60,563 bases of DNA. Origin: Candidatus Peribacteraceae bacterium. Its GTDB lineage: Bacteria; Patescibacteriota; Gracilibacteria; Peribacterales; Peribacteraceae. Each line of letters begins with the position of its first letter. Position 1 is the first letter of the stretch. A program made the position numbers and the translations under genes. Below are positions 8,859 through 18,727 of this stretch, piece after piece. The DNA is taken from positions 1-60,563 of the forward strand of contig JAQTQU010000001.1 in NCBI GenBank assembly GCA_028712095.1. Direction: 5' to 3'. The notes under the pieces were generated by a model. That model was not told the origin of the DNA. It did no database searches and was given only the letters and a program-made list of their open reading frames with translations.

Positions 8859-9968
8859 ATGGTTGTTCCGATGTCCGATCATCCCACAGATCAAGGCCCC
8901 GATGCCTCAGATCGTCCTGTCGATCCGGATTTTGCGTCACTGGCGAGAGAGTTTTCGTCGAAAGATGACAGGCCGGCAAGAAGGCGTGGAGAGTGGTCAG
9001 GAACAGCGCTTTGGGACGACACGAAGATTGTGCGCTTGCTCCCCGGAGATGTGCAGGGCGAATCGGGGGTGGAGGGGGTCTATCAGCGTTCTCTCTTGCC
9101 GATTGAGATGATCACTGCGATTCAACAAGGACGCCTTCGGGAATATCAGCAGGCCCTCAGGGAACGGGAGGAACAGCGCGGTGGCATGTTGCACGATTTC
9201 AACACGCAGCCACTGCGTCGAAAAAATCCAAAAACGAAGGTGCCTTCCATCTGTGAGCAGATCAGAGGAGATCTCGAAGCGGCACTCGAGATGCAATCGG
9301 GAGCATCCGTTGAAGAGGATGGAAAAATCAGATCCATTTACGAGGGCAGAGCCGTTGTCCCGCGGGAAGAACCACGCAAAATTCTGGCATGGGGAACATA
9401 TTCGCGATCGCAGATTCTGTACATCGCTAAGCGCACACCCGATCGCGATCAGCATGTCGCGCAGTTGCATGCTGTGTTGGAAGATCTCGTTCTCGATAAG
9501 GGCGTGAGTCAACCGAAGCTGGAAGAGTCTGCAGGCAGTACGATTTTGTTCGACACATTGAACGCGGACCCCGATGCACCGGGAGCGGCATCATTGCTCT
9601 TCTGTCATCTCTGTTCGCTGTGGCTCAGAGACGGGTACACGCGGATTCTCCTCTGGCGGCACAAAGGGTTACAGATGGTCGATCTGGTTGAAGAAGGAGG
9701 CAGAAAGACCTGTAAGGTGGATGATGCAGCAGTGCCTCAGGGGAATAATGATGCCAGTTATGATTTTTTCCGCAGACGCGGCTTCAGTGATATCGGCACC
9801 CGTTACAGCTGCCATCTTGCTCCACGTGATTACATGCAAAACGAAAAAGTTTATCCAGGATACGTACTCTCGACTGAAGGATGGATGGCTGGGAATCTCG
9901 GTCAGGTCAAATCATTGAGCTCCGAGATTGACAAAGAAACGCATGCGCGGTACGAAGGGATCGTCTAG
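8859..9968 (+). CDS. hypothetical protein (369 aa)
   Basis: Long ORF with normal composition in a stretch of visibly lower GC. No family recognised. The C-terminal YDFFRRRGFSDIG is only vaguely GNAT-like. Confidence 0.55.
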   Translation: MVVPMSDHPTDQGPDASDRPVDPDFASLAREFSSKDDRPARRRGEWSGTALWDDTKIVRLLPGDVQGESGVEGVYQRSLLPIEMITAIQQGRLREYQQALREREEQRGGMLHDFNTQPLRRKNPKTKVPSICEQIRGDLEAALEMQSGASVEEDGKIRSIYEGRAVVPREEPRKILAWGTYSRSQILYIAKRTPDRDQHVAQLHAVLEDLVLDKGVSQPKLEESAGSTILFDTLNADPDAPGAASLLFCHLCSLWLRDGYTRILLWRHKGLQMVDLVEEGGRKTCKVDDAAVPQGNNDASYDFFRRRGFSDIGTRYSCHLAPRDYMQNEKVYPGYVLSTEGWMAGNLGQVKSLSSEIDKETHARYEGIV

Positions 9969-9988
9969 CTTCAGGGCACGTGGAATTT

Positions 9989-12883
9989 TTAGGGACTGCG
10001 CTTTTTTGCCGTGTTCACGATGAGTGGCAGCGCTGCGCCCAATGCCACAATGGTGCCAGCCAGGAAGGTGAGGGATGCAACCTGATGCATGAAGATTGCC
10101 TGTCCGATGATGGTTGTGAAAATCAGCAGAAAAGAGAATCGCAAAACGAAATCAATTTCCCGATGGGAGAGGAGGTAGTAGTAGATGTAGTACGGAAGTC
10201 CCGCAAAGAAAATACTGAAGAGGATCATGCGTGCCATGACGGGTGCAGCGTACCGCAGCAGATGTGCCGAGGGCAGAAGAGGAAGGGCCAGGAGCGTGCA
10301 GAAGAACGAGAGGATGAAGAAGTACTGCGCAACGCGCACATCAACGTGTTCCAGTCGCTTGTACCGTTCACTGGCAATGGAGAACACCGTGAATGCCACA
10401 ATGGCGACGAAGGTGAAGAATATGTCAACGAGTGTCCAGGAAGGAGTCGAGAAAATCAGCAACAGGATACCGACGATGAAACATGCCCAGGCAGCAAGCA
10501 TGGTCTTCCAGCGCTTACGATTGACGATGGTCGTAAGCAGAAAACCCGAAGCCGTCATGGGGATGGTGTAGTGTGAGGGGAGTGTCCGTTCCAGTGAGGC
10601 ATAGGTGAAAATCGCAACGAAGAACAGAGAAATGACCGACAGCCAGAGTGTGCGGCTGCGCAGCGGGAGGGAGGCATAGCGCAGCGGCGAGTGCAGCCGT
10701 GCCCAGACCAGCAGCAGACTGCTCATTCCCAGGAGGGAAAAGAAGCGGATGATCGTGAGGTCGAGCGCGGCAATGTGATGCGTCTTCAGGAGCAGATGGG
10801 CGAAAATGGGGTCGAATCCCCAGAGGGCGAAAATCAAAATAACCGTGACCACCTGTCTTGCCACGGAGTAGGCGGGGACCACGCGTACATGCCCGGCACC
10901 CACGGCTCGCAATTCAGTGGCGATGAACTGCTGTTCCTCCGTGGAGAGGGCGAGACGCGCGATCATTTTCGCATGCTGGTTGATGGTGGGCAGGATCCGC
11001 ACATCCCCCAGCGTGACGCCGTACTTTTCCGCCAGAAAGACGAAGCGATTGAGCAGGTCGTGGATGGACATTGACGGAAGAGAGAAGTGCACCGAGCACA
11101 GAGTCTTCTCCGGTGAGAGATTGCCGCGCGAACGCGAGGACCGGAAAATGGCAGCAATGGCGACCGACGGTTGCAGATGGCCGTCGGCAACGGCGATGAA
11201 GGCTCCATCCAGCGAGGTATAGCCGAGGGTGCGGATACCCTTGAGCAGGCTCTCCTCTTTGAATTCCTTCAGGTACCCCCGCGCCTGTTTGGTCATGGCC
11301 TCCTGCAGAATCCTCTTGCCGTTTTCGATTTTCTGCTGGCGTGATGCGGATCCCAGCAGGGAACGGATTGCGGCGATTGCCACACCGGTATGCACCCACT
11401 CCAGCCACTCGCGCGTTACCGTGGGCTGGCTTGCAAGCTCCAGCGAGAGTGAGGCGGAGTCGGAGAGCGGAGAGAAGAATGGTGCATCTTTTCCGTTGAT
11501 TTTGATTGTTTTCGTTCTGAGAGCTTTTTCCTTATAGAGGTAGAACGCGCCGTCCAGTGCGGTTGCTCCGGTGGGGAGCTGGATGGTCGTATCATCCGGA
11601 CCATAAATGAAGATGGATTTACCGAGGATGTCGCTTTGCAGGCTGTCCCAGAATTCCTGGCTCTTGTCCGCCGTATCTTTGGAGAGCGGGGCGATACGTT
11701 CGGTCCATGGCAGGTACTCCATGATGCCGATTGCCTTTTTGTCGAAGCAGAACGTGACGATGCCCCGCTGGGCGTAGGCCTGCATTTCCTGCGTGCGGAT
11801 CTTGCAACGCACACGTGTGCCGTTTTCCAGGATGATGGTTGTGTGCAGGCCGCGGTAGCCGTTGATGGCGGGAGCGTTGATGAAATCCTTGAACGAGAGG
11901 ATTTCGTGCTGCCATTTCTGGTGCAGTACGCCCACGGTGGCATAGCACTGGGGGATGGAAGTGCAGACGAATGCGAAGGTCACATCCGAACGGTCGCTCT
12001 TGGTCTCCGTTTCTGTGTCCAGGCGTGCACGGAGATGATCCCATGATTTGCGTTCCACCCGCACGAGTACATCGGACGGCAGCGGCTCCGGTTCGTTGTA
12101 CAGTGCTTCGCGCATGGCATCCAACACCGTGGCGGCCTGCCGTTCGTTCCGGTCGCGCAGTTGTGTTAAGAGGGCGAAGGTCTCGGGCTCCAGCACGGCC
12201 ATACAGAGCGCTTCCAATTCGTCGCTCAGGTCATGCATGCTCATCCGCTCCGCGATTTTCACGTAGATGTCCATCGTCTCCTGTGCAAACGAGATCTGCC
12301 GGTCCTTTGCGAGAAATTCGACCGTGCGCATGTTGTGCAGACGATCGGCCAGCTTGATCACCATAATGCGCACGTCTTCCTGCATCAGCAGCACCATCTT
12401 GCGCAGGGATTCAATTTCCTCGTCGAGTGTGGGGTGTTGTCGCACCGCCTCGTCATCGAGCTTGGTCATGCCTCCGATCAGCGCCGCAGCCGTGTGGCCG
12501 AAACGCTGTTCGATCAGATCGAGGGTGAGATCGGTATCCTCCAATGCGTCGTGGAGGAGGGCGGCGACGAGTGAATCCACGCCTGCCCCCATTTCCGCGA
12601 TCAGGAGAGCAACAGCGATGGGGTGCGTGACGTAGGGCTCTCCGGACTTGCGCACCTGCCCTTCATGGGCGCTCAGGCACAGATCAAACGCACGGTGCAC
12701 GCGTTCACGGTCTGCAGGCGAGAGGTGCCGGAGGAAGGATTGGAATTCCTGCCACTGCATAGATGAAGGTACAGTGTACCCGCTTTTCTGGGCGAAGTGG
12801 AGCGCATTTTCCGCTCCGGAAAGGCGTTGCAGAGCGTTCTCTTCCTGTTCACGTTTTCCACTTGATACTGCACCCGATGGCAT
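9989..12883 (-). CDS. RelA/SpoT-homolog (HD hydrolase, synthetase-like, TGS, ACT-like) fused to a C-terminal 10-TM DMT/EamA-like domain
   Basis: Motifs: HEGQVRKSGEPYVTHP..LLHDALEDT, KLADRLHNMRT, GYRGLHTTI, KIRTQEM, and TGS-like IYGPDDTTIQLPTGATALDGAF. The last 288 aa (9992..10855) are 10 hydrophobic helices. The ATG at 12760 (MQWQEFQSFL) would avoid a 35-nt overlap with the upstream gene. Confidence 0.9.
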   Translation of the reverse strand: MPSGAVSSGKREQEENALQRLSGAENALHFAQKSGYTVPSSMQWQEFQSFLRHLSPADRERVHRAFDLCLSAHEGQVRKSGEPYVTHPIAVALLIAEMGAGVDSLVAALLHDALEDTDLTLDLIEQRFGHTAAALIGGMTKLDDEAVRQHPTLDEEIESLRKMVLLMQEDVRIMVIKLADRLHNMRTVEFLAKDRQISFAQETMDIYVKIAERMSMHDLSDELEALCMAVLEPETFALLTQLRDRNERQAATVLDAMREALYNEPEPLPSDVLVRVERKSWDHLRARLDTETETKSDRSDVTFAFVCTSIPQCYATVGVLHQKWQHEILSFKDFINAPAINGYRGLHTTIILENGTRVRCKIRTQEMQAYAQRGIVTFCFDKKAIGIMEYLPWTERIAPLSKDTADKSQEFWDSLQSDILGKSIFIYGPDDTTIQLPTGATALDGAFYLYKEKALRTKTIKINGKDAPFFSPLSDSASLSLELASQPTVTREWLEWVHTGVAIAAIRSLLGSASRQQKIENGKRILQEAMTKQARGYLKEFKEESLLKGIRTLGYTSLDGAFIAVADGHLQPSVAIAAIFRSSRSRGNLSPEKTLCSVHFSLPSMSIHDLLNRFVFLAEKYGVTLGDVRILPTINQHAKMIARLALSTEEQQFIATELRAVGAGHVRVVPAYSVARQVVTVILIFALWGFDPIFAHLLLKTHHIAALDLTIIRFFSLLGMSSLLLVWARLHSPLRYASLPLRSRTLWLSVISLFFVAIFTYASLERTLPSHYTIPMTASGFLLTTIVNRKRWKTMLAAWACFIVGILLLIFSTPSWTLVDIFFTFVAIVAFTVFSIASERYKRLEHVDVRVAQYFFILSFFCTLLALPLLPSAHLLRYAAPVMARMILFSIFFAGLPYYIYYYLLSHREIDFVLRFSFLLIFTTIIGQAIFMHQVASLTFLAGTIVALGAALPLIVNTAKKRSP

Positions 12884-13403
12884 TGGCCTCGTTCACCGGC
12901 GGGTCGCGGTTCTCGACGAGCGCATTGAGCGCATTCCAGAGGTTGCGTTGTTTCACCTGATCGGGATGTTCCCAGTTGTCGTCCACGCGGCCTTTGTACT
13001 TCAGTGCGCGGTCGCGGCCGAAGACGAAGCAGTGCGGGGTGCAGAGTGCCCCGAAGGCCCGGGCAACTTCCTGCGTTTCATCCCGGCAGTACGGGCACGG
13101 GTAACCCCGCTCCTCGTAGCGCTCCTTCATCGCCGCAAACGAATCCTGCGGGTACTCCGTAGCGTCATTGCTGTTGATCAGAATCACCTGCACCCCTTCC
13201 TGATCGAAGTGCTCGGCGATCGCGATGATGCGGTCTTCGTACGCCTGGGCATACGGACAGTGATTGCAGGTGAAGATCACCGCGAGGAAGGGGTCTTTGA
13301 TTTCGCGCGTGTCGATGATCATGCCGTCAACGGCAGGTAACCGGAAGTGCGGCAGAGGATCGCCGATCTTGAGGACGGAGGAGTTGGAGTTGATGAGAGT
13401 CAT
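12849..13403 (-). CDS. thioredoxin-fold (redoxin/AhpC-TSA-like) protein
   Basis: 184 aa. CxxC motif (FTCNHCPYA) in a thioredoxin-like context: LPHFRLPAVDG, VILINSND, CFVFGRD. Confidence 0.8.
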   Translation of the reverse strand: MTLINSNSSVLKIGDPLPHFRLPAVDGMIIDTREIKDPFLAVIFTCNHCPYAQAYEDRIIAIAEHFDQEGVQVILINSNDATEYPQDSFAAMKERYEERGYPCPYCRDETQEVARAFGALCTPHCFVFGRDRALKYKGRVDDNWEHPDQVKQRNLWNALNALVENRDPPVNEANAIGCSIKWKT

Positions 13404-13451
13404 AGAAATGGATGGAGAGGACGGAGAGGACGGAGAAGAACGAGAGGAGAT

Positions 13452-13808
13452 TTAGCGAAGAGAACCCCGCAATTTAAAGAGCAAGTAACCTGTTCTCTGA
13501 ATTTTGTCGTGAAGTTGAGATAGTTTCTCCAGAGAAAGATAATGAAGATCGTGTGCCAGTAGGCACTGGTAATGCAGCTCCTCGACGGAGGCGTGCGCGA
13601 TTTCAAGAAAATGAGCACGATCGTTCTTCGAGCGTCGGCCATTTCCTTCTGCAATATTCATGGGAATGGAATATGCCGCACGTCGCATCTGACTCGTGAG
13701 TCCGTATTTTTCTTCAGGAGGAAAGGATTTTGTGGTCGCATACACCTCTAGGCACAAAGCATGCGCCTCTTTCCATGCCACCAGTTTTTGATAGGGGCGT
13801 TCTTCCAC
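13452..13808 (-). CDS. four-helix-bundle protein (23S rRNA intervening-sequence protein / Avd-like family)
   Basis: 118 aa. Family-typical YQKLVAWKEAHALCLEVYATTKSFPPEEKYGLTSQMRRAAYSIPMNIAEG. GTG start, preceded by TATACT and 9 nt. Confidence 0.9.
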   Translation of the reverse strand: MEERPYQKLVAWKEAHALCLEVYATTKSFPPEEKYGLTSQMRRAAYSIPMNIAEGNGRRSKNDRAHFLEIAHASVEELHYQCLLAHDLHYLSLEKLSQLHDKIQRTGYLLFKLRGSLR

Positions 13809-13863
13809 AGAGTTGGCAGTATACCCCTCTCCATCCTTTCCATCTTCTTTCCCTTCTTCATCC

Positions 13864-16773
13864 TCACGCTTTCCTGGGCTTCGCCAGCATGCCGCTCAGG
13901 TACTCTCCGGTGAAGCTGCCCTTGACCTTCGTCACCTCCTCGGGTGTGCCCTGCGCCACGATTTTGCCGCCGGCATCACCGCCTTCGGGACCCAGGTCCA
14001 GCACGTGGTCCACCGATTTGATGACATCCAGATTATGCTCAATCACGAGCACGGTGTTGCCCTTGTCCACGAGTCGCTGGAGCACGTCTAAGAGCCGTGC
14101 GATGTCGTCGAAGTGCAGGCCCGTCGTGGGCTCATCCAGAATGTAGAAAGTCCTGCCGGTCGCGCGCTTCGTGAGCTCGGTGGCCAGCTTCACACGCTGG
14201 GCTTCTCCACCCGACAGTGTGGTGGCGCTCTGCCCCAGATGCAGGTAGCCCAGCCCGACGTCTTCCAGCGTCTGCAGTTTCTTTTTGATGCCGGGGATTG
14301 CCGAAAAGAATTCCAGTGCCTCGCGCACGGTCATGTCGAGCGCATCGGCGATGGTTTTTCCCTTGTACGTGATCTCCAGCGTCTCGCGGTTGTAGCGCTG
14401 GCCCTTGCAGGTTTCGCAGGTGACGAACACGTCCGCCAGAAAGTGCATCTCGATCCGCTTCATGCCGTCGCCCTCACAATCCTCGCAGCGTCCGCCCTTC
14501 ACATTGAAGCTGAAGCGGCCGGTCTTGTACCCGCGCAGTTTGGATTCAGGCAGCGTGGCGTAGACGTCGCGGATTTCGGTGAAGAGGCCGGTGTACGTGG
14601 CGGGATTACTGCGCGGTGTGCGGCCGATGGGGGACTGATCGATGACGATGGCCTTGTCCAGCTCCTGCAGGCCCTCGATCGCCTTCACGTTCTGCGGGCG
14701 GGATTTTGCGCCGTTGAGGACGCGTTGCAGTTCCGGCGCAAGGATGCCGTGGATGAGGCTCGATTTGCCCGAGCCGGAAATGCCCGTGATACCGATGAAG
14801 GTGCCGAGCGGGAGCGAGACATCAATGTGCTGCAGATTGTGGTGGTGGGCGTCGACGATCCTAAGCATTTTGCCCGTTCCCTTGCGGCGCTTCGCCGGAG
14901 TCGGAATAACCTTTTTCCCGCTCAGGTACTGGCCGGTCACGGACGCGGCATGCTTCACGATCTCTTCGGGCGATCCCGCTGCGATGATCTCGCCGCCGTA
15001 CTTGCCGGCGCCGGGTCCGATCTCGAGCAGGTAGTCCGCTGCGCGCATCGTTTCTTCATCATGTTCCACCACGATGACGGTGTTGCCCAGGTCCCTGAGC
15101 TTTACGAGGGTTGCGATCAGCCGGGCATTGTCGCGCTGGTGCAGTCCGATACTCGGCTCGTCGAGGACGTACAGCACGCCCTGCAATGCAGAGCCGATCT
15201 GCGTCGCCAGACGGATGCGCTGCGCCTCGCCGCCCGAGAGCGTGGCCGCAGAGCGCGAGAGCGTTAAGTACGTGAGCCCGACGTTCTCGAGGAACGAGAG
15301 GCGCGCGATGATTTCTTTGAGCACTTTGCTGACGACGGCGTATTCATACGCAGAAAGGGCCGTAGAGGCGTCCCGTCGGGACGTCTCTACGGTTTTGTTC
15401 GTCGGAATCAGCGCTTCGAAGAACGCCTTTGCCCCGCTCACACTCAGGTCTGTGGCATCGACGATGTTTGTATCCCCCACGGTCACGCCGAGGATTTCCT
15501 TCTTGAGTCGTTTGCCTTCGCAGCTGGGACAGGGGAGTTCCAGCATGTATTCTTCGATCTGCTGGCGCACGTAACTCGAGTCCGTCTCGCGGTGCCGGCG
15601 CTCGAGGTTGGGGATCACGCCCTCGAAGGTCGTTTCGTAATTGCCGTCGAACTTCTCACTCTCGAACGAAACGGAGAGTCGTTCCTTCGATCCATGAAGA
15701 ATCGCCTCGCGATGCTCCGTGGAAAGTTTCTCCCACGGCGTATCCATGTCGAATCCCAGCCGCTCGGCCAGCGCTTCGAGCAGGCGCGTGGTGAATCCCA
15801 TGCGCGAAACGGAGGTGGCCCACGGGTGGATGGCTCCTTCAGAGAGCGAGAGACGCGTATTCGGGATGATCGCGGCCTCGTCCACCTGCAGAATGGCGCC
15901 GAGTCCGTGGCAGACCTCGCAAGCGCCGTGCGGGGAGTTGAACGAGAAATTGCGCGGTTCCAGCTGGGCCACGGGTTCGTTCGGGTGGTCCGGACAGGCG
16001 AAGCGTTCTGAGAAACGCGTTCCCTTATCGGTGTCGGTATCGAGGACAATGAGCGAACCTTCTCCCTTTTTGAGCGCGAGCTCCACCGAGTCGGCGAGGC
16101 GCGAGCGGTTGGGATTCACTTCTCCCTTCTTGGTCTTGAGGTCGCGCACGATCAGGCGGTCCACGACGATTTCGATCGTGTGGGCCTTCTTCGGATCCAG
16201 CGTCGTTTCCTCATCCGTCGTGACGATCGTTCCGTCGATGCGCATGCGCACGAATCCCTCGCGGCGGATGCTGTCGAGAATTTTCACATGCGATCCCTTG
16301 CGGCCTTCGATCACGGGGGCGAGCAGAAAAACCTTCGTGCCTTCCGGCAGACCGGCGATCGTCTCGATGATCTGCGTGGAGGATTGCTGACTCAGTTCCC
16401 GGTGGCAGACGGTGCAGTGCACGTGCCCCGCCTTGCTCCAGAGCAGCCTCATGTAGTCGTAGATTTCCGTCACGGTACCCACGGTGGAGCGGGGATTTCT
16501 CGGCGAGGTTTTCTGATCGATGGAGATGGCCGGCGACAGTCCGTCGATGCTCTCCACCTCGGGCTTCTCCATCTGCGCGATGAACTGGCGGGCGTAGGCC
16601 GAGAGACTTTCGACGTACCGGCGCTGCCCCTCGGCGAAGATCGTATCGAAGGCGAGGGACGATTTTCCCGATCCCGACAAGCCCGTGATCACCGTAAGCT
16701 TGTTGCGCGGAATCGTCACATCCACGTTCTTCAGGTTGTGCATTCGAGCGCCTTTCACAACAATCGCATCCAT
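13864..16773 (-). CDS. uvrA: excinuclease ABC subunit A
   Basis: 969 aa. Two ABC ATPase modules ([32 protein letters not shown] twice) and zinc-finger cysteines. Collinear with UvrA along its length. Confidence 0.97.
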   Translation of the reverse strand: MDAIVVKGARMHNLKNVDVTIPRNKLTVITGLSGSGKSSLAFDTIFAEGQRRYVESLSAYARQFIAQMEKPEVESIDGLSPAISIDQKTSPRNPRSTVGTVTEIYDYMRLLWSKAGHVHCTVCHRELSQQSSTQIIETIAGLPEGTKVFLLAPVIEGRKGSHVKILDSIRREGFVRMRIDGTIVTTDEETTLDPKKAHTIEIVVDRLIVRDLKTKKGEVNPNRSRLADSVELALKKGEGSLIVLDTDTDKGTRFSERFACPDHPNEPVAQLEPRNFSFNSPHGACEVCHGLGAILQVDEAAIIPNTRLSLSEGAIHPWATSVSRMGFTTRLLEALAERLGFDMDTPWEKLSTEHREAILHGSKERLSVSFESEKFDGNYETTFEGVIPNLERRHRETDSSYVRQQIEEYMLELPCPSCEGKRLKKEILGVTVGDTNIVDATDLSVSGAKAFFEALIPTNKTVETSRRDASTALSAYEYAVVSKVLKEIIARLSFLENVGLTYLTLSRSAATLSGGEAQRIRLATQIGSALQGVLYVLDEPSIGLHQRDNARLIATLVKLRDLGNTVIVVEHDEETMRAADYLLEIGPGAGKYGGEIIAAGSPEEIVKHAASVTGQYLSGKKVIPTPAKRRKGTGKMLRIVDAHHHNLQHIDVSLPLGTFIGITGISGSGKSSLIHGILAPELQRVLNGAKSRPQNVKAIEGLQELDKAIVIDQSPIGRTPRSNPATYTGLFTEIRDVYATLPESKLRGYKTGRFSFNVKGGRCEDCEGDGMKRIEMHFLADVFVTCETCKGQRYNRETLEITYKGKTIADALDMTVREALEFFSAIPGIKKKLQTLEDVGLGYLHLGQSATTLSGGEAQRVKLATELTKRATGRTFYILDEPTTGLHFDDIARLLDVLQRLVDKGNTVLVIEHNLDVIKSVDHVLDLGPEGGDAGGKIVAQGTPEEVTKVKGSFTGEYLSGMLAKPRKA

Positions 16774-16896
16774 ATTAGATCAAGGGTGAGGAGATGAGAT
16801 GCGCGCTCGCCCTGAGCGGGGTCGAAGGGTGCGCGCCTTTGACGACGATTGCATCCATAAGGTGAAAAGGGGAATACCCCTCGACTTCTCTCGGGG

Positions 16897-16920
16897 TTGT
16901 TTTGTGATATCACAAAACAA
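16897..16920. promoter_or_regulatory. perfect 24-bp palindrome in the uvrA upstream / divergent intergenic region
   Basis: TTGTTTTGTGATATCACAAAACAA, about 125 nt upstream of the uvrA start. Candidate operator. Confidence 0.4.
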
Positions 16921-17030
16921 AAAACGCGCCCACGCGCGGCGCTGAGAGCCCAGCGTAGCAAAAATATCGAGTCCTGTCTAGGGTCTGGGGTGCAGGATGG
17001 TGAAGAACGTATCCGAGGCAGACTCTTAAT

Positions 17031-17390
17031 GTGTTCTTAATATGGGTGTTTTACTCTCTACCGAAGTATCTTCAATCTTTTACTTCTTATCCATTATTTA
17101 TGATGCGCAAGATCAGTTCATTCTGGTTAGGGTTCATCGTTATCGTGTTACTGGCAGTGGTTGCTGCGGCACTCTTCCATCGTTCCGGAGGCCGCAATGG
17201 TCCGCCGGACATGAATGCTCCCGCGGGAACGGAACAGCGTCAGCCGCCCTCTGGTAGGCCGACACCACCGGCGCAGGATCAGCCGCGACCCGCGGATGGA
17301 CAAGAACCCGCTGGCAATTTTCCCACTGCGCCGCAGAGGGGCAGCGAGCTTCCGTCGGATGACGGGGCACAGCCGCCGGTCGTTTGGTAA
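17031..17390 (+). CDS. small membrane-anchored proline-rich protein
   Basis: The likely start is the ATGATG at 17100 (MMRKISSFWLGFIVIVLLAVVAAALF). One TM helix, then a Pro/Gln-rich tail. A hairpin follows at about 17414..17442. Confidence 0.4.
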   Translation: MFLIWVFYSLPKYLQSFTSYPLFMMRKISSFWLGFIVIVLLAVVAAALFHRSGGRNGPPDMNAPAGTEQRQPPSGRPTPPAQDQPRPADGQEPAGNFPTAPQRGSELPSDDGAQPPVVW

Positions 17391-17497
17391 ACGAAACGTA
17401 ATTCAGTACACATGCATGGGTCATCCGCCGCGTCGGGTGACCCATTTCGTGAAGAATACCACGTTCTTAATCCTGTCTTAATCCCTTTCCTTCTATT

Positions 17498-18679
17498 GTG
17501 CTCGTTGTTCTTTCCTCATTATTCGATATGAATTCTTCTCATCACATCAGACAGAAATGGATCTTGAGTTTTGTCGGCGGACTCTGTCTTTGTCTGCTTC
17601 TCTTTTTTACGTTCGATGTCTTCCGCGCGCAGGCAGCGTCCCTCTCGGATATTACCAATAGTAAGAACCAGGAAGCGATTCAGAATCTCTATGATCAGGG
17701 CATTATTTCCGGTTATTCAGACGGATCTTTTAAGCCGACGAATACGGTCAATCGTGCAGAGTTGGCCAAGATTCTTGTTGGTGCCAGCGGTGCTCTGCCC
17801 ACGGTCGACGAGTATCACGATTGTTTTTCCGATGTGACGACCGAATGGTTCGCGCCCTACGTGTGTTACGCCAAGGCGCAGGGATGGGTGAGCGGCTATC
17901 CGGATGGTTCTTTTCGTCCCGATCAAACCGTGAGCAAAGTGGAGGCCATTAAGATGGTGGTCACCTCCCAGGGGTATACGGTCACGACAGGTACGGAGGC
18001 AGGGGAATTCCGGGATGTCGATACGTCCGCCTGGTACGCCCCGTACGTCCAGGCGGCCCTCGAGAAAGGATTGCTGGAGGAAGAAGGTCAGGACGCGCTG
18101 GAGCCCACTGCCGGTATGAAGCGTGAAAATATCAGTGAGAATATCTATCGTGCTCTGGTCGTCAGAACATCCGGTGCCTCCCGGTATCCAAAACAGAGCA
18201 GTGGCAGCGCGCGGTCGGCGGTTGGAAACGCGTCGACAGAAGATTTGCAGCAGTATCTGGAGGAGGCGAATGTCGCTTCGGACCGTACGGAACTGACGAA
18301 GGCGGAATTTGAGACGGTGTTGCAAAGTCTGATGCAGCAAGGGGGAGGCGGAGGGAATCACATTGGTCCATCGCCCGATGAACACTCGAGCCAGAGGAGC
18401 AGCAGGCCGCAGCCTCCCTCCGGTCAGATGCCGCCGAACTTCGGGCAGATGTCGAGTGGAATGAGTCGTCCTGAGGGCGAGCGCACAGAGCCGTCACTGA
18501 GTAGAGGAGGTTTCCAGAATAACCTCTCCAGCGCCACGACGTTTATCAAGTACACGGATTCCAGCGGTCAGACGGTGTTCCTGGCGCTTGATGCCAGTGG
18601 CAAGGTTATCATGAAATGGCCGCCATCCGGCGGAGGTCACGGTGGTTATGAACCGCCTGCCTCGTCTGCTGCACAGTAG
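17498..18679 (+). CDS. secreted SLH-domain protein with Gly/Pro/Ser-rich C-terminus
   Basis: 393 aa. Signal peptide, with a probable start at 17528 (MNSSHH..). SLH repeats: ISGYSDGSFKPTNTVNRAEL, FSDVTTEWFAPYVCYAKAQGWVSGYPDGSFRPDQTV, FRDVDTSAWYAPYV. Confidence 0.8.
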   Translation: MLVVLSSLFDMNSSHHIRQKWILSFVGGLCLCLLLFFTFDVFRAQAASLSDITNSKNQEAIQNLYDQGIISGYSDGSFKPTNTVNRAELAKILVGASGALPTVDEYHDCFSDVTTEWFAPYVCYAKAQGWVSGYPDGSFRPDQTVSKVEAIKMVVTSQGYTVTTGTEAGEFRDVDTSAWYAPYVQAALEKGLLEEEGQDALEPTAGMKRENISENIYRALVVRTSGASRYPKQSSGSARSAVGNASTEDLQQYLEEANVASDRTELTKAEFETVLQSLMQQGGGGGNHIGPSPDEHSSQRSSRPQPPSGQMPPNFGQMSSGMSRPEGERTEPSLSRGGFQNNLSSATTFIKYTDSSGQTVFLALDASGKVIMKWPPSGGGHGGYEPPASSAAQ

Positions 18680-18727
18680 TCAGATTTTCACTCTTCATGC
18701 GTGATCGGGGCAGAGTGAAGCAGTATC

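Noticed and set aside
18680-18727. FMN riboswitch upstream of the riboflavin genes (also checked at 19307..19555 and 22057..22088)
   Set aside because: The leaders are far shorter than an FMN element or consist of the 40-bp repeats. No FMN-box-like conserved core was seen by eye. A covariance search is still needed.
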